DNA of 64,000 nt, taken from NCBI RefSeq assembly GCF_009914755.1, contig NC_060937.1; one strand, written 5' to 3'. This DNA comes from the human T2T-CHM13v2.0 reference genome, Homo sapiens. The notes under the pieces are model-generated. The model made no database searches. It saw nothing but the letters and a program-made list of their open reading frames with translations, and was not told the DNA's origin. Below are positions 13,181 through 33,361 of the stretch, piece by piece; position 1 is the first letter of the stretch; each line of letters begins with the position of its first letter. A program made the translations under genes and the position numbers.

Positions 13181-14604
13181 GTGAGGTCTAAATAAATTAA
13201 AAGCTAGATGTAAACATATATATGTAAATATACACATAGACACACACACACAAAAGCATACATGTACAGAAGAGAGATTCAGATTTGGCAAGTTCATTGT
13301 CTGGAGCATCCATAAGAATACAGAGTGTCTTAGACACTGTTTTCTAAAGTCTAATTACTGTAGTACCTGCAGTTACCTTTCTATCCTTTTTGGATCTAGT
13401 TGGATAAAAAAGGAACAGGTCATAAGAGCAATGCTTCTTATTCCTATTGCATTGGTCACTCTTATTTAGCAGTAGCCAAAAACCTTAGGAAAATATGAGT
13501 GAGCCAAGAGAGGAGACAGTCCTATTTTTAGCATGGAGGAGGTAGCAGTGGGCAGGGAGCTGAGGAGCTCTTAACAGAAAAGAACAAAGCTAGTAGAACC
13601 CTGATCTCTTCCTCTATTACCACATGAGGTTACTGTCCCAAAGGCAAACCCACCATCAGATTGGATGGAGCCCCTGCCTTAGGTCTGCAGTTACTTAACC
13701 GTATCTGAGGGGCAGAAAAGACATCCATGATTGGTGAAGAGTTATTGGTATTTGAACTTGAGAAGGCAGAAACTTACAAGTGCAAGCAAGGTGGGTGTTT
13801 ACAAACTGAAGTTGAACTTATGTAAATTTTGCCAGAAATGGTAACTTGGGGATTAGGGTTAGGAGTAAAGAAATGTATATAAACTTCACTCATTAAGTTT
13901 TTTTCCACAGGCCTAAGAATTTCATTGCAAACATCTGAAACCTCGTTTCTAGAGAAAAGTTAAATACCAGGTTTCAAATAAATAACTGATTAAGATGTCA
14001 ATTTTTAGGGTAACTAAATTATAAATTGTAGAGTAATTATTACTCATTTGTGTCAGAAAAATAGTCTAGGAAGACATGTGGAGTCTTCCTATATTCATTT
14101 TTAATCATTTAGCTATTACCCCATTGAACTAAAAAGAGTAGTCTGTGGTAGAGTCATCAATATATGGGGAGAAAGAAAAGAGGGAGATAATGAGATTGGT
14201 AAGATTCACTCACAAATGAAGTAATAAAGAATTGTACTTAAATTTTGATTCACTAGGCTGTTTGTTAAGGCCCAAAAGCTTTTTTACATTATGTAAGGCT
14301 TTCTTTTAGGGAAAAAAAATGATATATTAATACTAGATTCCAAGTAATTAATTGACATATACGTTTTCAGAGTTCAACCAGTTTATAAATGCAGTAGAAC
14401 AATTGTACATAACTTCAACCAGAAAAGCAAGTCTCTGAAGTCGCTTGATCTGGCATGTACCTTTTTAATCCTTAGCACTGGCCCAGATAAAATGACATCA
14501 GTAGTCTTTCACTACTTTGATATATCTGCTGTAACTCACCTTTCAATGGTGGTGTCATTGAAGACAACTGATGTTATTAATCTGGGTCATTGCTAAAGAA
14601 TATA

Positions 14605-14980
14605 TCTATACACACACACACACATACACACACACGTGAATATATGTATGTGTGTATATATATATATAGGTATATCCTTTATATATATATTTAGTATATA
14701 TAGATACCTACATACATGTATGTGTGTATATGTATGAACATATCTATATACATATATCTATATGTGCATATATAGATATATACATATCTTTATGTACATA
14801 TATGTATCTATATAGATATATTCTATAGCACTGACCCCAATTAATAACATCAGTAGTCTTTTATGTATAATACTTTAGCATATAGACATGCATGTATATA
14901 TATAGATACGTATATGTAGATATATTGTTTAGCATATATGTATACATATACAGTATATATGTACACGTGTGTGTGTATAC
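14605..14980. repeat. Degenerate (TA)/(CA)/(TG) microsatellite region
   Basis: Direct inspection. Confidence 0.85.
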
Positions 14981-16455
14981 ATGTATACCTTATGTTATTG
15001 TGCTTTACTTTATTGCCCCTCAGATATTACTTTTTTATAAACTGAAGGTTTGTAGCAACCTTGCATTGAGCAAGTCTCTTGGTTTCATTTTTCCAACAAC
15101 ACATGCTCACTTTGTGTCTCTGTGTCACATTTTGGTAACTCTTGCAATATCTTAAACTCTTTTTTTGAGACAGACTCTCGCTCTGACACCCAGGCTGGAA
15201 TGCAGTGGCACGATCTCAGCTCACTGCAACCTCAGCCTCCCGGGTTCAAGCGATTCTCTGCCACAGCCTCCTGAGTAGCTGGGATTACAGGCACCTGCCA
15301 CCACGCCCGGCTAATTTTTATATTCTTAGTAGAGACGGGGTTTCACCATGTTCGTCAGGCTGGTCTGAAACTCCTGACCTCGTGATCCGCCTGACTTGGC
15401 CTCCCACAGTGGTGGGATTACAGGCGTGAGCCACCGCACCCAGCCTATTTTAAACTTTTTTGTTGTTATCCTATCTCTTATGATCTGTGATCAGTGATCG
15501 TTGACGTTACTATTGTAATTGTTTGGGGGCAACATGAACATGAACCATGTCCTATAGGACAACTACCTTAATCAATGCCATGTGTTTTTTGACTGCTCCA
15601 CTGAGTAGCCATTCCCCATCTCTCTCCCTCTTCTTGGGCCTCCCTACTTCCTAAGACACAACAATATTGAAAGTAGGCCATTTAATAAGTCTATGAGGGT
15701 TTCTAAGTGTCCTAGTGAAAGGAAGAGTCAGAAGCCTCTCACTTTAAACTAAAAGCTAAAAATGATTGTGAGGAAGGCTAGACTTCTTGCACCAGTCAGA
15801 CAAGTTGCGAATGCAAAATACGTGTATATATTCTCAAAGAAAATTAAGACTGCTACTCCAGTGAACATACAAATGATGAGGAAGCAAAACAGGCTGATTG
15901 CTAATATGGAGAAGGTTTTAGCGGTCTGGATAGAAGATCAAAGCAGCCATAGCCTTTCCTTAAGCCAAAGCCTAATCCAGGACAAGGCCCCCTCTCTCTG
16001 CAATTCAGTGATGGCTGAGAGAGGTAAGTAAGTTGCAGAAGAAAAGCTTGAAGCTAACAGGTTGGTTCATGAAGTTTAAGGAAAGAAGCCATCTCCATAA
16101 CATAAAAGTGCAAGGTGAAACGCAAGTGCTGTTATCCAGCAGCAGCAAGTTATCCAGAAGATGTAGCTGAGACAATTGATGAAGGTGGCCAAGTTATCCA
16201 GAAGATGTAGCTGAGACAATTGATAAAGGTGGCCACACGAAACAACAGATTTTCACTGTAGACAAGATAGCCTTTTATTGGAAGAAGATGCCATCCAGGA
16301 CTTTTATATTTGGAGAGAAGTCAATGCATGGTTTCAAAGCTTCAAAGCACAGGCCAATTCTCTTTTAGGGGCTAATGAAGCTGGTGACTTTAAGTTGAGG
16401 CCAATGATCATTGACTGTTCTGAAAATCCTAGGGCCCTTACGAGTTATGCTAAAT
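14980..16455 (+). mobile_element. Tigger1 DNA transposon, 5' part
   Basis: tatacct..ttattgtgctttactttattg..gaaggtttgtagcaaccttgcattgagcaagtc; transposase-like peptide [39 protein letters not shown]. Confidence 0.88.
15160..15445 (-). mobile_element. Alu (S-type) inside Tigger1
   Basis: Antisense Alu body. Confidence 0.9.
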
Positions 16456-21435
<4,980 letters not shown>

Positions 21436-21439
21436 TAAG

Positions 21440-21951
21440 TAAACTATGGTTGATAAAGTAGTGGTAGGATTTGAGAGGATTCACTCCAATTTTGAAAACA
21501 GTTCTACTGTGGGTAAAATGCTATCAAATGGCATCACATGTTACAGAGAAATCACTTGTGAAAGGAAGAGTCATTTGATATAGTGAAGTTCGTTGTTGTC
21601 TTATTTTAAGAAATTGCCTCAGCCACCCCAACCGTTGGCAACCACAGCTCTGATGAGTCAGCAGCCATCAACATGGAGGCAACGCCCTCCACCAGCAAAA
21701 AGTTTATGACTTGCTAAAGGCTCAGGTGATCATTAGCATTTTTTTAACCAATAAAGTAGTTTTACTTTAAGGTATGTACATAATTTTTTTTTGACATAAT
21801 GTCGTTGCACACTTAACAGACTACAGTGTAGTATAAACATAACGTTTATATGCACAGGGAAACCAAAACATTTGTGTGAGTCACTTAATGCAGTTTTTGC
21901 TTTATTGCAGTGGTCTGGAATGAAACCCACAATGTCTTTGTGATATGTCTA
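21440..21951 (+). mobile_element. Tigger1, 3' part with terminal repeat
   Basis: ttgagaggattcactccaattttgaaaacagttctactgtgggtaaaatgctatcaaa ... ttgctttattgcagtggtctggaatgaaacccacaat. Confidence 0.88.
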
Positions 21952-22260
21952 TACACATTTATGTATTCTATAACTATATACATATTCTTTTAATTACCTT
22001 TATATACATATATAGAAAGAGACAGAGAGAGAAAAGAAGAGAAAAATATGCAAAATTCAGCGTTGGGAGTATCTGTGAGAATAGTTTCTGGTTAATGACT
22101 GTAATTTTCTTTCTTAAATGTCAGGTCTTCCAGTGAGCTAAGTCATGTTTACTATATCCTTTAGATTCATGGAATTCTTGTTATTCAAATAAATTCTTCA
22201 TCACTGTTTTGTGTAGCAAATATCTAATGATATATTTTTGCATTTTTTTGGTGGCTAAAG

Positions 22261-22323
22261 TGTGTCAGAACGACTTTCCAGGTTTGAAGATTATGAAAAT
22301 GCTGAATATGTCGCTTCATATGA
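22261..22323 (+). pseudogene. TPTE2: TPTE2-like exon VSERLSRFEDYENAEYVASY(D)
   Basis: ctaaag|T GTG TCA GAA CGA ... TAT GA|gtaagt; compare TPTE2 MLERLSKFEVEDAENVASYD (one extra codon here). Confidence 0.9.
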
Positions 22324-24955
22324 GTAAGTCAGTTTGAAGTTTGAAAGGAGGGAGCCATTGATGGATCTCTTTTCTTTAGTTGAACAGGGCTTACGCTGAG
22401 GCACAAAGGAAAAAGGGAAACTACGGAAGGATATCAAAATGTATGGGTGTGTGGGTGGGAGAGTACACCATATTTCCTCCAATTGAATTCTTAGACAAGT
22501 ATTATTTTGAAAAAAAATTCCATCCATTCAGGAATAAATGTTCTTCTAGCTTGAAAATGTAAAAAGTATCCTTAGAAGAAATTAACTTCATTAGAAGTTT
22601 TTTTTTTTTAAAAGAAAACAGGAATGCAGAATGTTACTTACTCATCAATAGTGAACCTTTCTCATTTTTACTGGATATTGTGCGATTCCCAGTTTTGTAG
22701 ATTTCACCTATGAGCAAGTGGTATTGATAGCAAAAGCAAACATGTTTTGCTGACTAAAGACCTCTTTATGCTCACTGGGATTTTGTTATTATTTGTTTCT
22801 AATCTCACTAGAGTACTGAGTACTCCTATTGCACTGACCTGAAGGCATTTTACCATGTACTCACTGTAACGAAACAACACATTCTTAAACTGGCTTGTGT
22901 CTGAACTGCAGACATATTCAGGAGATTTTTCTTCTGCTTCTTTCTTGCCCAGTTGTATAACCATTCACCAGCTTATGTCAATGTTGGAGAGGAAGTGCTG
23001 CCATAGAGGAAGTTAACTCATCATGGTTATAAGCTGTTGGTGTCTAAACAAAGATTACATGGGAAACAGAGGGCAAATACAAATAGTTCTTCAAATTACC
23101 CTGAGTTTTCATTTTCTAGAAATTTTTATCATGGGCCATCAGTGAAGAATTCACGGCACCACTTAATTAAACTGTGTGTCTGCATACTAGCTATACATTT
23201 TCTGTAATGGAGCTGCCCAGGGTTGAGGCAAAATTAGACAGATTGAGCAAGGCAAGCATTTCCTTTTTCTTTCCCCTCTCCAAACAAAAGAAAGCAGGTT
23301 TTTGTTTTGTTTTATTTTTAAGTTACAAAGTCTCATTGCATAAATATAGGAGGAATTGGTAGTGGTCCCTGTGAGAAACACTGGTGTTTCATACCAGGGG
23401 GATGATCTTGGATTTATAGTAAAAGCTGGAATCAGTGCTTGGCTTTGACATCATGTATTCATTCATCTGATACTCAGGAAGTCATTGAACCTCTTTTAGT
23501 TTTAGATTATTCAAATGTAAACTGGTTATAATGCTATCTATGTAGTGGATATTGTATTGTAAAAAATTAGTAATAAAACTAAAATAACATGCAAAAACAC
23601 TTTGAAAACTCTGTAGCTCTGTGAATAGGTTTTGTGCGAAAAACTGAAAATAACGTGAGAGTTTATTAAAGGAAAATCAGAAAATCCAATCAACAAATCT
23701 GCCCACATGTAGTCATTCTTAAACTTTGATACATGCACTTCTGAGTTCTTTAAGCATATGCATTTTTTGTTTACAGATACGAGACCATACTTATATTATT
23801 TTGTAAATAACCTTATTACTTAATGACATCATGTCTATATTTTCTTGTTAATGTATATTCATGTGCACTTACAACATTATTTGTAATAGTTTTGTAATAC
23901 TGCATGGTGTAGATGTGCTATAATTCATTTAATAGTCAGATATTGCTGAACAATTAAGTTTTTTACAAGTTTTTACTGTTACAAAAAATATTTGAGGCTA
24001 AATCTTTGCATATCGTTGGTTATTTGCTTATTATAAATTCTCAGAAGTGGAAATCCTGTGTCAAAGGGAATGATTATGATGCTATTGGTATTGATAAGTG
24101 CTTGAACATCAAGATGCTAAAGTGTACATTTCTCCCCTCCCATACTTAACGCTAGCCGTCATTGATTTCTTTGATATTAGTAAATCTATTTGTTCTAATG
24201 CACATTCTTTGACATACCTTCATTTATGCTTTTTTCAGTTAATATTTCATCATTTCCAAACTACCTTTGGCCAGTTAAAATTGGGGTGTTTTTCTGTCTT
24301 TGGACTGAAAAGTTAAATCTGTTGATCCTTTTTCTATTTTATGTAATATAAGTAGTTTCTCCCAGGGTGTCTTGCTTTTCACTATATAAAAATGTTGAAT
24401 CTTCATATAATCAAATGTACCTATACTTTTCTTTGTGATTTATGCCTTTAATGTTATTCTCAGAAAGTCCTTCTCTACCCCAAGATTTTAAATATATTCA
24501 TCAAGATTTCTGTTTTGAGCTTATTTTCTTCATTTAAATAAAATCGCTGCCCTGAATTTACTTTGTCTTAAGGCATAAAGTGTAGAAATTTACTTTTCTC
24601 CTGTGTGACTAATAGTTTTCACAGCATCAAAATATCATCCCCCTGTATTGTCCTTACCCTGTTTTAGTGATCTAGAGTGAGATCAGGAAGACCAGAGAGT
24701 CAGTACAGTGTTTTCATTGCTTTGCATCATGGCCATCTCCGTACCGCCAGAGTCTGTACCAGAGAAAAATGTGTCCAGTGGGAGAGATAGCACCTGCCCT
24801 CGATACGAATCCCATTTCATTAAAAATGGTCTTGTTAGTGTCATGTAGCTTCCACCTTCTATTGATAAAAAATAAAGTCATGGTCATAGTTAATATTTGT
24901 GCTTTGAATTCCACTTTGATATTAATATTGGAACTTATAGTATTTTAAGGTTTAG

Positions 24956-25272
<317 letters not shown>

Positions 25273-26519
25273 TCTATCTCTTTATTTTTAAACTGTCATT
25301 TAAATTTAGTTTTTGTCTCTTGTGTATAGCATGTAATGCCTTTGATTTTAAAGTTATCTGAGTGTATTTCTCATGGAATATGGGAGGAATATGTTTGTAT
25401 TTATGATTTCTGGTATGTTTGGCTTTATTGTCTTTTTCTTTATGAAAAATACTTTGATATTTTCTTTTTAAATTAGTCTATATTTTGCTAGTAATTGATT
25501 TGTTTTTATCCCTTACATTTTTTACTGATAGGCAAGTCAGAAGCCCATTTCTAGTCCATCAGTTTATATTTAAATATTTAGAAAACATAATTATACCATT
25601 TTTCTCCATCAATATCGAGAATAAAACTGGACTTGTATCTGTAGAAGATAAGAAATGCAATCTGCCTTTACTTCTATCTTCTTCCAAACCTTGAATCCTA
25701 GTGTAAGAATGCCTAAAATTTAAATCAATACTATTATTGATAATTTTATATTATCTTTACTTTTAGAATCGTTTATTTACATTTTCACCTACATTTTTAT
25801 GCTACATTAACAGTTGTTATTTAGACTTACTTCTGAGTTTATATTATTTACCATCTTTTCTCTATAAGTCATGTTCCTTATTGCTCTGTTCTTCATTTTG
25901 ATTCATTGCTCAGCTGACTCAAGCACTTTGAGTAATTATTTTTAGGAAAGGCACATAGAGGCTATGCTTTGAGTTGCTGCATGTTGGAGTGTCTGTCTGT
26001 TGCTCTCAAATGTGAACAGTACTTTTCCTGGATATGGATATATTGAGTCATAGTTATTTCCCTGCAAACTCTGCATGTAACTGCTTGAAGCTGCATTTAC
26101 ATAGTACACTTTTTTAACCAAAATAAGTCTCAATTGTATATTTACTTGGTACAGTTTCAGGGGACACTGAAACAGATTGAAGGGGCTAAAGCCACCCAAG
26201 CCACTCCTTCATGCCTTCATGATCTATCAGGCTTGGTTCTGTATGGTGATATTGTCAAGTGAATTCAGATTGATGACATTTCCTTGATACCCAGAGATCC
26301 AGTAGACTGTGTGGGATCAGAGGTTCTTGTAAAAAGAGAATGGCAACTTCCGGAGAGAATTCGCCTCTTTTGGCCAACTGATCCTCTGTCTACATCAGCC
26401 TTAACTTTCTAAGCCTGGGTAGAGGTGGTGGGTCCAGGTGGATGAGGGGAAGATTAGAAGGATTGGGGATTTCCTTTATCTCAGGTTAACCTAACATCAT
26501 TCATCAAAGGCCAATTTTG

Positions 26520-27660
26520 CTTTTTTTAACTTTTATTTTAGGTTTCGAGGTACACGTGAAGGTTTGTTACATAGGTAAACATGTGTCAGGGTGGTTTGTT
26601 TTACATATTATTTCATCACCCAGGTATTAAGCTCAGTACCCAAATAGTGATCCTTTTTGCTTGTCTCTCTCCTCCTACTCTCCCCGCTTTGGTAGACCCC
26701 AGTGTTTGCTTCCCTCTTTGTGTTTTTACATCCTTATCACTTAGCTATACCACTTACAGATGAGAACATTCAGTATTTGATTTTTGCTTTCTGCACTAGT
26801 TTGCTAAGGATAATAGCCTCCAGCTCCATCCACGTTCCCACAAAAGACAGGATCTCATTCTTTTTTTCTTTTTTTGAGACGGAGTCTCTCTCTGCTGCCC
26901 AGGCTGGAGTGCAGTGGCACAGTCTCGGTTCACTGCAAGTTCTTCCTCCTGGGTTCACGCCATTCTTCCTGCCTCAGCCTCCCGAATAGCTGGGACTACA
27001 GGTGCCTGCCACCACGCCCAGCTAATTTTTTTGTATTTTTAGTAGAGACGAGATTTCATCGTGTTAGCTGGGGTGGTCTTGATCTCCTGACCTCATGATC
27101 TGCCCGCCTCAGCCTCCGAAAGTGCTGGGATTACAGGCGTGAGCCACCGTGCACGGCCGATCTCATTCTTTTTTATGGCTGCATAGTATTCCATGGTGTA
27201 TATGTACCACATTTTCTTTATCCAATCTGTCATTGATGGGTATTTGTGTTGATTCCATGTCTCTGCTATTGTAAATAGTGCTGCAGTGAACATTCACATG
27301 CATATGCTTTACAGTGGAATGATTTATATTCCTCTGGGTATATACTAGGTAATGGGATTGCTCAGTCAAATAGTAGTTCTACTTTTAGCTCTTCGAGGTG
27401 TCGCCATACTGCTTTTTACAATGGTTGAACTAATTCACACTCCCATCAACAGTGTATAAGTGTTCCCTTTTCTCTGCAACCTTGCCAGCACCTGTTATTT
27501 TTTGACACTTTAATAATAGCCATTCTGACTATTGTCTGGTGTGAAATGGCATCTCATTGTGGTTTTGATTGGCATTTCTCTAATCTGTGATATTGAGCTT
27601 TTTTTTGTATGCTTCTTTGCCACATGTATGTCTTCTTTTGAGAAATGTCTGTTCATGTCG
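26520..27660 (-). mobile_element. L1PA (older) 3' end, 5'-truncated, with TSD
   Basis: L1 3'UTR and ORF2 C-terminus (MFTAALFTIAETWNQ...); TSD aaggccaattttg at 26507-26519 and 27661-27673. Confidence 0.9.
26860..27158 (-). mobile_element. Alu (Y-like) inside L1
   Basis: gggttcacgccattc; TSD gatctcattctttt. Confidence 0.9.
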
Positions 27661-28531
27661 AAGGCCAATTTTGGCAGTGCCCCAGTTCTCCTCAGTGTCT
27701 GTCCTCTTTTTTTCTCCAGTCTTAGGCACAGGCTGTGAGCATTGTCTTAGGATTCATGCCTCTTGGGGTGAAATTTGAGTCCTGTGTTGGAGGCTTCAGT
27801 ATGACAGAAACTTCCTGAAGGCTTCAGTAAGACAAAAAATTGTTCCTCATCAGCTACCTTGTCTTCAGCCATAAGGTAAAATGAGGCATTACTGGGGGCT
27901 CCATCAAACAGGTTCTCCTTTCTTGGATTAATGGAAGGAGCCCAGTCTTTCAGGTGTTTCTCCTTTGAAGTGTATCTTACTAAAATGTCTTACCGCTGCA
28001 GTTCCTATGCCACCTCAAATGCAACTCTCACTAATGTGTATCTGTTCACTAGGTGTCTAGTTTGAAAGAGATGACAAGAGCATCATTTACTCCCTATGCT
28101 TATCCCTGAAATACCTTATTTTATTGCTGTTGAAACTGAGATCTGGCCAAAGTTTGATGACTTGCCCAGGCTGGCATTAAAATACAGTTCTCTTCTACCC
28201 CTCTTTTCTTTTTTCATGCTATATTCCTTGAGTTGATGACCACAAGTTTAAGCTTAGTATTGCCATAAAGTTGGAGTTGGGGCTTTGCATGCAATGGAAA
28301 TATTACTAAACATCCAAAGTTTACTGTCTTATTCACATATATTCTGGATAGGAAAGTAAAATACTCATGGAGCAGAAAAGATAAAATTTTAATTATTAGT
28401 AAAAAGCATTTTGTTATACAACTTCTGAATAATTTTCTTTTAAAATTGTATTTATAAAGGCCTTTGTTTTTTGGTTAAATTTATAAGTTAGAAGAAATCT
28501 GATTGATTTTATTTTTGCTTTGTTTTTGCAG

Positions 28532-28582
28532 CAGCAAGATTAAGAAAATTGTTCATTCAATTGTGTCATCCTTTGCAGTTGG
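28532..28582 (+). pseudogene. TPTE2: TPTE2-like exon SKIKKIVHSIVSSFAV(G)
   Basis: ttttgcag|C AGC AAG ATT ... GTT GG|gtatgt; 51 nt. Confidence 0.93.
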
Positions 28583-28654
28583 GTATGTGAGACATAGAAA
28601 ACACCATGTATTAAATATACGTGAGACTTAATGCATAAAAAACACCACGTATTA

Positions 28655-28940
<286 letters not shown>

Positions 28941-30106
28941 ATATATATATATATATCACTCTTTCAATGAGAAAGACTGAAATAAAAAACAAAACCAAAA
29001 AGCATTTCCTGTCCATCGGTTTCTAAGTAGCCATGTGCCCCATCTAATGTAATCTAATTTATCATGGAAATTTGGTTTAAGCTGGACTTTAAGACTTGCA
29101 AAGAAACGGCTTTTGTATAAGATTAATAGTAACATATTAATATTATTTTTCTTCCATCTGCACAAGTAAAGTTAATGAAAATCGAATGTTAAAATTCTAT
29201 AATTATAAGTAAAGTGTTTTATTAAGTACCTTATACATCTAGAATTACTCTTTAATTCTGGAAACAATTTACTTAGACTCTTCTCTACGTAAGAGTAAGA
29301 TTTCATACTATGATATAGATTTACGCAATATGATATAGATTTATGCAATATAATTGTTTCCTTTTGAATTAATGATATTTTAACTTGAGCTGCAACTTTT
29401 TGAAAAGTACTTTGAAGATGAATTCATCTTCATAGATTAAGCAAATAGTATAATCAATTTATGGGGAATGTATTTAGAATATGTAACAGCAAGTTTCAGG
29501 AGGTACCTTAGAGTTCAATACTATAAATATTTATGGAATTGAATTCTTTCTCATGTACCCATCACTGTACTAGAATCGCCCATAAATATGTAATCATGTA
29601 CTTGCTGAAAATGTCACTGACAAAAAAAATCTTGGTCTTTTAAGAGCTTATGTTACTCATGCTTTCATTTGGTTTTTATTAATAAATTCTTAAGAATTAT
29701 CCAGATTAATAAGATTTTATTTTTTATGAGAAATGGGTGTAAACTTCTTATGAAATTCTCAAATTTTAAGAAGAGTTTACAAACAGACACAGGCAATTTT
29801 AGTTCAGTTTCACTTTTCTCTCTTGAGGTGTTAGTCTGATGGATCTGCTATAAAAGGGCATGATAACGTCTTGTGAAGTGGTTTGGTGGGAATTTTATTT
29901 ATTAAGAACTGCTTCTATTGGGTGAAAACAGTGATTTTTCTGAGATTCTATGACATTACAGTTTTTCCTGCCACTGGGCAGTTTAATACTAAATAATAAC
30001 ATTTTGGTACCTGATTATTGGCCTAAATATAGTATAACTATAGGGACAAAAGCCCCTTTATCTTTGCTGTTACTTACTTATTTATTCATTTATTTATTTG
30101 TTGTAG

Positions 30107-30268
30107 AATATTTGGAGTTTTCCTGATCTTGTTGGATGTGGCTCTGATCTTTGCTGACCTAATTTTCACTGATAGCAAAGTTTATATTCCTTTGGAGTAT
30201 CGTTCTATTTCTCTAGCTATTGCTTTATTTTTTCTCATGGATGTTCTTCTTCGAGTATTTGTAGAAGG
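30107..30268 (+). pseudogene. TPTE2: TPTE2-like exon, voltage-sensor S1-S2
   Basis: ttgtag|A ATA TTT GGA ... GAA GG|gtaagt; [54 protein letters not shown]; 162 nt. Confidence 0.95.
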
Positions 30269-30320
30269 GTAAGTTTGATTATTTTTATAATGCATAAAGC
30301 TATTTTGTACTTTTCTAAGA

Positions 30321-30607
<287 letters not shown>

Positions 30608-32920
30608 TCAACTCAAGCTGACTTAAAAGCCTTTGGGCCTTAGGAGAACCTTGGTGGTAGTCTGGCAGTACCCCCCAGGGTCTGTGTTTGAGTGAGGTGG
30701 CCATGGATTGATGCTCCTCTGCTTTTGGAGAGGGGTTGAAAGAGTAGGGAGGATTGCATCTTGTGGTTTGAGTGACAGCTCAACCAGCACAGCCATAGCA
30801 CATAAAACACCAGGGAGAATTATAAGTTTCTGATCTAGGCCCTGATTCCCAGCACCTTTGGACCCACCCGGAGCCTGGGAGAACTTGCCATCGTGAAGGG
30901 AAGGACACAGGCCTGACTGTTTTTACCATGTGATGATCGTAGAGCCCCAGGGCCTTCAGCAAACTTATGCAATAGCTAGGGAGTGGTTACAGCAGGTTTT
31001 GGGCAAGACCCAGTGCTGTGCTGGCTTCACGTCTGACCCAATGCAGTCATAGTAGCGGTGGCCACAGGGGTGTTTGTGTCACGGTGGCTCAGAACAGAGA
31101 GAGAGACTCTGTTTGTTTGGGAGAAATTAAGGGAAGAGAACAAGACTCTCTTTTTGGTAACCCAGAGAATTATCCTGCATGTTGTCCAAGACCATTAAGG
31201 CAGTACCACTATGAGTCTGCAGGAACCACAGAGTTTAGGAGGCTTGGGGTGCCTCCTAAAGCAGATAAAACTTAGATCACAATATCCAAGTTCTTTCCAA
31301 TATCTGGAAAGCCTTCCCGAGAAAGATAGGTACAAACAAGCCCTGACAGGGAAAACTACAATAAATACCTAATTCTTCAATGCCTAGACACCAAAGAACA
31401 TCTGCTAGCATCAACACTGTCCGAGAAAACATGACCTCACCAAATGAACTCAATAAGACACCAGAGGCCAATCCTGGGGAAACAGAGATACGTGACCTTT
31501 CAGACAAATCAAAATAGCTGTGTTGAGGAAACACAAAGAAATTTAAGATAACACAGATAAAAAAATCATAATTCTATTAGATAAGTTTAACAAAGAGATT
31601 GAAATAATTAAAAAGAATCAAGCAGAAATTCTGGAGCCAAAAAATGTAATTGGCATACTGAAGAATGTATTAGAGTCTTTTAATAGCAGAATTGATCAAG
31701 CAGAAGAAAGAATTAATGAGCTTGAAGGCAGGCTATTTCAAAATACATAGAGGAGACAAAGGAAAGAATTAGAAACAATGAAGCATGCCTACATGATCTA
31801 GAAAATAGCATCAAAAGGGCAAATCTAAGCGATACTGGCCTTAAAGAGGAGGTGCAGAGAGAGAGGGGTTAGAAAGTTTATTCAAAGGGATAGTAACAGA
31901 ACTTCCCAAACCTATAGAAAGATATCAATATCCAAGTGCAAGAAGGTTACAAAACACCAAGCAGATTTAACTCAAAGAAGACTACCTCAAGGCATTTAAG
32001 AATCACACTCCCAAAGATCAAGGATAAAGGATCTTAAAAGCAGCAAGAGAAAAGAAACCAATAATATACAATGGAGTTACAATACAGCTGGCAACAGACT
32101 TTTTAATAGAAATGTTTCAGGCCAGGAGAGAGTGATATGACATATTGAAAATGCTGAAGGAAACAAAACATTTACCCTAGAACAATATATTCAGTGAAAA
32201 TATCCTTCAAAGTGAAGGAGAAAGAAAGATTTTTCCACACAAACAAAAGCTGAGGGATTTCATCAACACCAGACCTGTCCTAGAAGAAATGCTAAAGGGA
32301 GTACTTCAATCAGAAAGACAAGGACATTAGTGAGCAATAAGTAACTACCTGAAGGTATAAACCTCACTGGTAATAGTAAATACACAGAAAAATACAGAAT
32401 GTTATGACACTGTAACTATGGTGTATAAACTACTGTTATTGTAAGTAGAGAGACAACTATGAGCCAATCAAAAACATTGACTATAACAACTTTTCAAGAC
32501 ATAAATGGTATAATAAGATATAAATAGAAATAACAGATAGTTAAAAAGTAGTGAGACTAAGTTGTAGATTTTGTATTAGTTTTCTTATTGTTTGTTTATG
32601 CAAACTGTTAGTTTATAAGCTTAAAAATAATGGGTTATAAGATAGTGTTTGCAAGCCTCATGGTAACCTCAAACCAAAAAAAATACAAGGGATACACAAA
32701 AAATAAGAAACATGAAACTAAATTATATCACCAGAGAAAATTACCTTCATTAATGGAAGACAGGAAGGAAAGAAGGAAGAGAAGACTACAAAACAACCAG
32801 AAAACAATTGACAAAATGGCAGGAGTAAGTCCTTGCTTATCAATGATAACATTGAATGTCATCAGACTAAACTTTTCAATCAAAAGACAGAATGGCTGAA
32901 TGGATGAAAAAACAAGACCC

Positions 32921-33361
<441 letters not shown>

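Larger units (their letters stand above)
10740..13760 (+). repeat. Ancient triplicated unit (about 0.7-0.8 kb each), each carrying a 54/51-nt exon
   Basis: Homologous blocks at about 10740-11450, 11700-12500 and 13080-13760, e.g. gagtgtcttggacacagtt..ctgtagcacctatagtta vs gagtgtcttagacactgtt..ctgtagtacctgcagtta. Confidence 0.75.
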
